IMG/VR virus record: IMGVR_UViG_3300042507_005574 | From: a virus | DNA: 64,000 nt | Strand: one strand, 5' to 3' | Shown: positions 60,501 through 64,000 of the stretch, piece after piece | Position numbering within the stretch: position 1 is the first letter of the stretch | How the letters are laid out: every line of letters starts with the position of its first letter | Program-made: the position numbers and the translations under genes | Notes under the pieces: model-generated | Told to the model about the DNA's origin: nothing | Database searches by the model: none | The model's input: the letters and a program-made list of their open reading frames with translations, nothing else

Positions 60501-61666
60501 ACAATGGTTCTTCACTATTGATTGTTCGATCAGGAGCCTCATTTGGCGGCGGTGCGACATTTAATGATGTCAGTATAGTGAAATATCCGTTCTCATCGGG
60601 TGGGTTGACTCACAAGGGAGTCATCAGTTCTGACAATATCAGTAACTATACAAGATGGTCTATTCGTGGAAATCCATATTCTGAAGCATCAAATGGATAT
60701 GGTGATCTTCTAGTTGAAAGTGGTTGGTCTGGTTCTTCTTGGAACACACTTTCAACTGTTATTGCACCTATGAGTCAGGCTGCGATTAAAGTTCGTGGCG
60801 GAACCATTGGTACTTCTTCCATTGCAATTTTCAATGACAACGCTCTTGGTGCAACTAATGATGCTTGCTCTCTTTTAATGTATGGGAAGGGAACTGCATC
60901 TGACGATGTAAATGAGGTAAAGTTCTCCTCTGGAATTAGAGGCAGAATTGATCGTGCAGAAACTTCAAGTACGATTACTAGGAAATTTAGTATTGTTCTT
61001 GGTGGTGGATCTTCGCCAAATGCCGCAGAAGATGTTTTCACTTTCACAAGAAAGGATAGTACACCTGCAACTGTTGACATTAACATTCCTAAGGGACTTG
61101 CTACTATAACTAGCCCGTCATCTTATGTTGTTCTTGATTCAAATAACAATTTGAAGAAAGTTACCACAGTAGTAAGTGCACCAAATATACCAGGAGCCTC
61201 TAATACGCTGACAGGTGCTGCATCATTTGACAGTAGACATTTCCAAATCGGTTCTACGGGACATGTGGTCAGTAAGATTACGGTTAATGGGCAAATTCCT
61301 GATAGTGATGGAAATATTACTATTGATATACCAACACCAACAACATCATTTGGTGTTAAGGCACACGGTTCATATCAATTAAATGGGAGTACTATTAGTA
61401 CGATAGTATCGGGGAATCTTTCATTCAGTATACCTACTGGTGGTCAAATTGGAAGAGTGCGATGTACATTCACCACGCCTATGACTAATACTAATTACAC
61501 TGTAGTTGTAACTCCTCTCCGTCCGGCTAATTGGGGATCTTCACAAATTGTTAATTCAGCCATGGGAGTTTGGCAAGGATCTAAGACAATAACTCATTTT
61601 GATTTGATTGCAGATTCAACTTTTAGTCCAGGACCAAATTCATCCGAAGTGGTGGTTATAGGATAA
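57566..61666 (+). CDS. Tail fibre protein with a phage tail-collar domain
   Basis: N-terminal LSDTFHTWYDRTNEII; collar PVGIIQPFSG...PSGWLLCDG...ELHTAIG; FFIPDLRRR; NIPPHEH; C-terminal FTTPMTNTNYTVVVT. Confidence 0.82.
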   Translation: MSCTCTGNCDLINISNLVLSDTFHTWYDRTNEIIDAINPLQIYDVNVGQTDGGLTLNSTCVNGDTNGVITLKVWPGPGIGVGTTLTPNYYLNHTMIDVSNMLTLGVTGFSDAIVANRSLTSFPNINDWFIVSDTLDNRLGSGAGTPKRISAQHILPPTVYLPPGFQFNGNVSINGNLSVQGTASNVDSNDLRIEDKVIELAYHRIVAIDVTGPTYGGFPAQGATFYYYDPGVTNPTDYTTSGQVSEVNFYPSFTTLKLHNFVFGGVNDIVSGGSISITGTVLDFSMIAGPTTTENFYGDIELDEAGIRVRGSDSDKHFIWVYEQGPYQEVVNTFMADTNLGVSGTDLHIYSSRFKAFGYYDPDVAAYKDDYNDKFHFIGHEGANTSIRLGGLGTGGSLDAPYGYWGITRYNYGSTGSQQPLVFSFKQSLNHGEQDKFTIWSGASGPQYPYITGPTGQSDNAIDHFAQRLNVDFLDGAHGTTMPTPFSIPVARASGTIDPGWIDFDNSSIGKCYSVTAHSFVIGDVVRLDPDNLTITGAIATSPENAEVLGIVSRVVNANNFCVTTKGYISGLTGTASSRIASILPLAPGNAYFLSADNVRGMIADPDGGASQLQLGEIRKPLIVALGPDSAYVHNYLGAVFGGIPSGGGAGATGTLSDVVDIQGLMPVGIIQPFSGEIEYIPSGWLLCDGRRLEKSLWTELHTAIGQKFYADGTLNSSYNPNVGGNVPIDIAGWNRGLLVNDAVTVEATVGGVLRESDTFVTSVNGTTVSFDENTFAYETFNGATSFRIRGRLKTPSESYTSVFFIPDLRRRILVGATKGLTGSLTPSISVGDIGGTNQVTLSAANIPPHEHRLTSASINTGLDAEIGVGFGQPTSDSTVDTYFTARGPLGVSTAQPFDNMQEYVTVHWIIRAQKGLSAIILTGHNHDDRYVRYDSSQTVTSSQRNTFRSNAHVLSDGSDGGATFANRLTITGGAVIGDNGSSLLIVRSGASFGGGATFNDVSIVKYPFSSGGLTHKGVISSDNISNYTRWSIRGNPYSEASNGYGDLLVESGWSGSSWNTLSTVIAPMSQAAIKVRGGTIGTSSIAIFNDNALGATNDACSLLMYGKGTASDDVNEVKFSSGIRGRIDRAETSSTITRKFSIVLGGGSSPNAAEDVFTFTRKDSTPATVDINIPKGLATITSPSSYVVLDSNNNLKKVTTVVSAPNIPGASNTLTGAASFDSRHFQIGSTGHVVSKITVNGQIPDSDGNITIDIPTPTTSFGVKAHGSYQLNGSTISTIVSGNLSFSIPTGGQIGRVRCTFTTPMTNTNYTVVVTPLRPANWGSSQIVNSAMGVWQGSKTITHFDLIADSTFSPGPNSSEVVVIG

Positions 61667-61669
61667 GTT

Positions 61670-62011
61670 ATGGCAATATCGATCAACAGAGACATGGATC
61701 AAGGATCAGACTTTTCTTTCTCTTATATTGTAAGAGGAAGTGACGGGTCTCCCACGGACATTTCAATAGGTTATACAGCATATTCACAGATGCGTAGATT
61801 TTACTCGTCAACAACGGGAGTCAATTTAACCACATCAATAACAGGATCTACGGGCAATATTATAGTTTCTATGTCAGCAACAAATACTGCAAACATAAAG
61901 GCAGGAGTTTGGTTTTATGATGTGGAATTACATTCGAATGGCAGTGAAAATGTCCAAAGAGTAGTTCAAGGAATGATAACTGTTTATCCAGAAATTACGA
62001 AAATTTCTTGA
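61670..62011 (+). CDS. Conserved small Ig-like virion/baseplate accessory protein
   Basis: NRDMDQGSDFS, YTAYSQMRR, AGVWFYDVEL, RVVQGMITVYPEIT. Confidence 0.7.
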   Translation: MAISINRDMDQGSDFSFSYIVRGSDGSPTDISIGYTAYSQMRRFYSSTTGVNLTTSITGSTGNIIVSMSATNTANIKAGVWFYDVELHSNGSENVQRVVQGMITVYPEITKIS

Positions 62012-62079
62012 ACATCTTATATCATCTCATAATCGATTGCTAAATAGTTCAGACTCAACAGTTCATAATGGAGATTAAA

Positions 62080-63276
62080 ATGGCTGAAACAGCGATTCTT
62101 GAGCCTACGATTCAAAACACGCAAACTAAGACGAATAAGAGCGGAATTCCTACGGTCAACCTTTGCATGATTGTAAAGGACGAGGCACATGTCATCGAAA
62201 GATGTCTTGCTTCCGTTCTTCCTGTGATCGATTATTGGGTTATTGTTGATACAGGTTCAACTGACGGAACGCAGCAAAGAATTAAGGATTTCTTTGATCG
62301 AAATGGCATCCCCGGTGAACTACACCAAAGCACTTGGACAGATTTCGGAACGAATAGAAGCGAGGCTCTAGAGTACGCCCAAAAGACAGGGCACGACTAT
62401 AGCCTCATGATTGATGCAGACGAGATTCTTGTTTTCGATCCTGGCTTTGATCCACAGACTTTCAAGAAGGGTCTAACTGCTGATCTCTACAATGTGTTTG
62501 CAATGTTTGGACAGACTAAGTACCATCGTCCACAATTGACAAGCAATCACAAGAAATTCTACTACCGTGGAATTCTTCATGAGTATGTTGATTGCCATGA
62601 TCAGATCTCAACTAGAGATTTTGCCCGTGGATTTATCAATACTCCAATTCAAGATGGTAATAGATCTAAATCTGCTGATAAGTATGAGAAAGATGCAAGA
62701 GTATTTGAGGCAGCACTTGAATCAGGTAAGGTCGATGAGAAGGATCTAAACCGATATCATTTCTATCTTGCTCAGTCATACCGTGATTCGCAGCAGTGGG
62801 AAAAGTCACTTTCTGCATACTTGAAGAGAGCAGAACTTGGTGGTTGGAATGAAGAAGTTTTCTACTCGTACTATCAGGCGGGTAGAATCATGGAAATTCT
62901 CAACAAGTCATTCGATGAAATCGTCAAGACATATTTCCAAGCCTACCAGGCTGCCCCTTGGAGAGCAGAGAGCCTATGGGCTGCTGCTAGACTCTGTCGG
63001 ACATACTGCCGCTGGGATCAGGCTTATCGCTTCGCCAAGCAGGCATTAAAGATTCGATATCCTGAAGGTGCTTTGTTTGTTGGTCAAGGTATCTACGAGT
63101 GGGCAATCCTTGATGAATTTGCTATTTCATCATATTGGACTGAGCATTATCGTGAATCTCGTCTAGCATCAATGCAACTTTTAAATGATGGTAAGTTCCC
63201 GCAAGACCAGAAAGAAAGAATTGAAGCAAACCTCAAGTTCGCCACGGAGGCTCTGTTAACAGAGCCAAATGGGTGA
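62080..63276 (+). CDS. GT2-family glycosyltransferase with C-terminal TPR-like repeats
   Basis: LCMIVKDEAHVIERCL, IVDTGSTDGT, DFGTNRS, DxD motif MIDADE, GILHE; TPR-like FYLAQSYRD...YLKRAE and APWRAES. SD GGAG favours 62080. CTAAATA at 62040. Confidence 0.9.
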   Translation: MAETAILEPTIQNTQTKTNKSGIPTVNLCMIVKDEAHVIERCLASVLPVIDYWVIVDTGSTDGTQQRIKDFFDRNGIPGELHQSTWTDFGTNRSEALEYAQKTGHDYSLMIDADEILVFDPGFDPQTFKKGLTADLYNVFAMFGQTKYHRPQLTSNHKKFYYRGILHEYVDCHDQISTRDFARGFINTPIQDGNRSKSADKYEKDARVFEAALESGKVDEKDLNRYHFYLAQSYRDSQQWEKSLSAYLKRAELGGWNEEVFYSYYQAGRIMEILNKSFDEIVKTYFQAYQAAPWRAESLWAAARLCRTYCRWDQAYRFAKQALKIRYPEGALFVGQGIYEWAILDEFAISSYWTEHYRESRLASMQLLNDGKFPQDQKERIEANLKFATEALLTEPNG

Positions 63277-63334
63277 TACTTGGTGGACTGAGTAGTTTGC
63301 TGTCTAAATAGTCAAGTTACATAAGGACTAACGG

Positions 63335-64000
63335 ATGGCATTTAGCGCACTACCAATTCAAGGGGGCGGATCCAGTGACGGACGCTCCATCAGAAACACT
63401 ATCACGCAAGTCGGCCACTCCTTTCAGCCAGGAATGGTTGTCAGGCGTGATAGTGCTACTGGTTTATATGTTGTTGCCAGAGCAAATACTATAGCAAACT
63501 CAAACTCATGCGGTATAGTTGAGTCTGTTACTGCAAACACATTTGTTCTTGTTTACCAGGGAGAAATGGATTTTGGTTCTGCTACAATATCAATTGATGA
63601 CGGTTCGACTAGTTTAACAAATGGTTTTGTGTACTATCTTTCACCTGGTAGTGGTACACAGGGCTATCTGACACCTACTGCACCTACTGATCAGTCAGCA
63701 ATTTATCATCCTCTTTTTGTAGCAACTGCAAATAAAAACGGATTAGTAATTAATGCATTACCTAGACCAGGTGGTGGCGGTGGAGAAGGATCTTCTCTTT
63801 TCACACCTGTCGGCTCTATAATTTCTTGGGGCGGCAAGGCAAATGAAGTTCCTCAAAATTGGATGTTGTGTGCTGGTGATGCACTAGGCAAGAGCGAATA
63901 TTCTACGCTTTATAGCAAGATAGGCGATTCATATAAGATAATTGGTTTGGAAAATGCAATTTCAACTGGAGTAACGGCTAATGATAGACTCAGTTTGAAG
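63335..64000 (+). CDS. 3'-truncated tail fibre protein with a tail-collar domain (not in the ORF track)
   Basis: MAFSALPIQGGGSSDG...HSFQPGMVVRRD...PVGSIISWGG...PQNWMLCAG, open to the window end. CTAAATA at 63304 and an AAGGA SD. Confidence 0.8.
   Translation, partial: MAFSALPIQGGGSSDGRSIRNTITQVGHSFQPGMVVRRDSATGLYVVARANTIANSNSCGIVESVTANTFVLVYQGEMDFGSATISIDDGSTSLTNGFVYYLSPGSGTQGYLTPTAPTDQSAIYHPLFVATANKNGLVINALPRPGGGGGEGSSLFTPVGSIISWGGKANEVPQNWMLCAGDALGKSEYSTLYSKIGDSYKIIGLENAISTGVTANDRLSLK

Noticed and set aside
1-64000. Alternative genetic code (stop-codon recoding)
   Set aside because: Core genes are full length under code 11, and TAA, TAG and TGA all act as stops.
1-64000. tRNA or rRNA genes
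   Set aside because: Intergenic gaps are short, and I saw no cloverleaf or T-loop signature by eye. tRNAscan-SE would confirm this.

Overview
This 64-kb window comes from a large T4-like myophage genome with cyanophage-style gene order, probably an uncultured aquatic phage. From left to right it holds: (1) a fibre/adhesin cluster containing a ~7.1-kb gene built from near-identical DNA repeats and split by a single 1-nt frameshift; (2) a monomeric class II ribonucleotide reductase and several large Cys-rich accessory proteins, one GH56-hyaluronidase-like and one a split trypsin-like fold; (3) the replication, recombination and late-transcription core (gp46, gp47, gp55, UvsW, UvsY, RNase H, gp33, gp32); (4) a tail/baseplate module (tape measure, gp51/gp26, gp54, gp2, gp4, gp48, gp53, gp27-like, gp5, PAAR, gp25, gp6, gp7, gp8, VrlC-like, collar-domain fibres); and (5) a late-promoter-driven GT2-TPR glycosyltransferase. 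Three observations stand out. A T_TTT_TTC slippery site would fuse gp26 to gp51 by -1 frameshifting directly upstream of the tape-measure gene, in the lambda G/GT chaperone arrangement. A G-x-[T/S]-[G/A] motif is pervasive in the predicted virion proteins alongside a protein-directed glycosyltransferase, a candidate virion glycosylation system. The gp4 gene appears to start at ATC. All family assignments come from motif recognition by eye, not from database searches.
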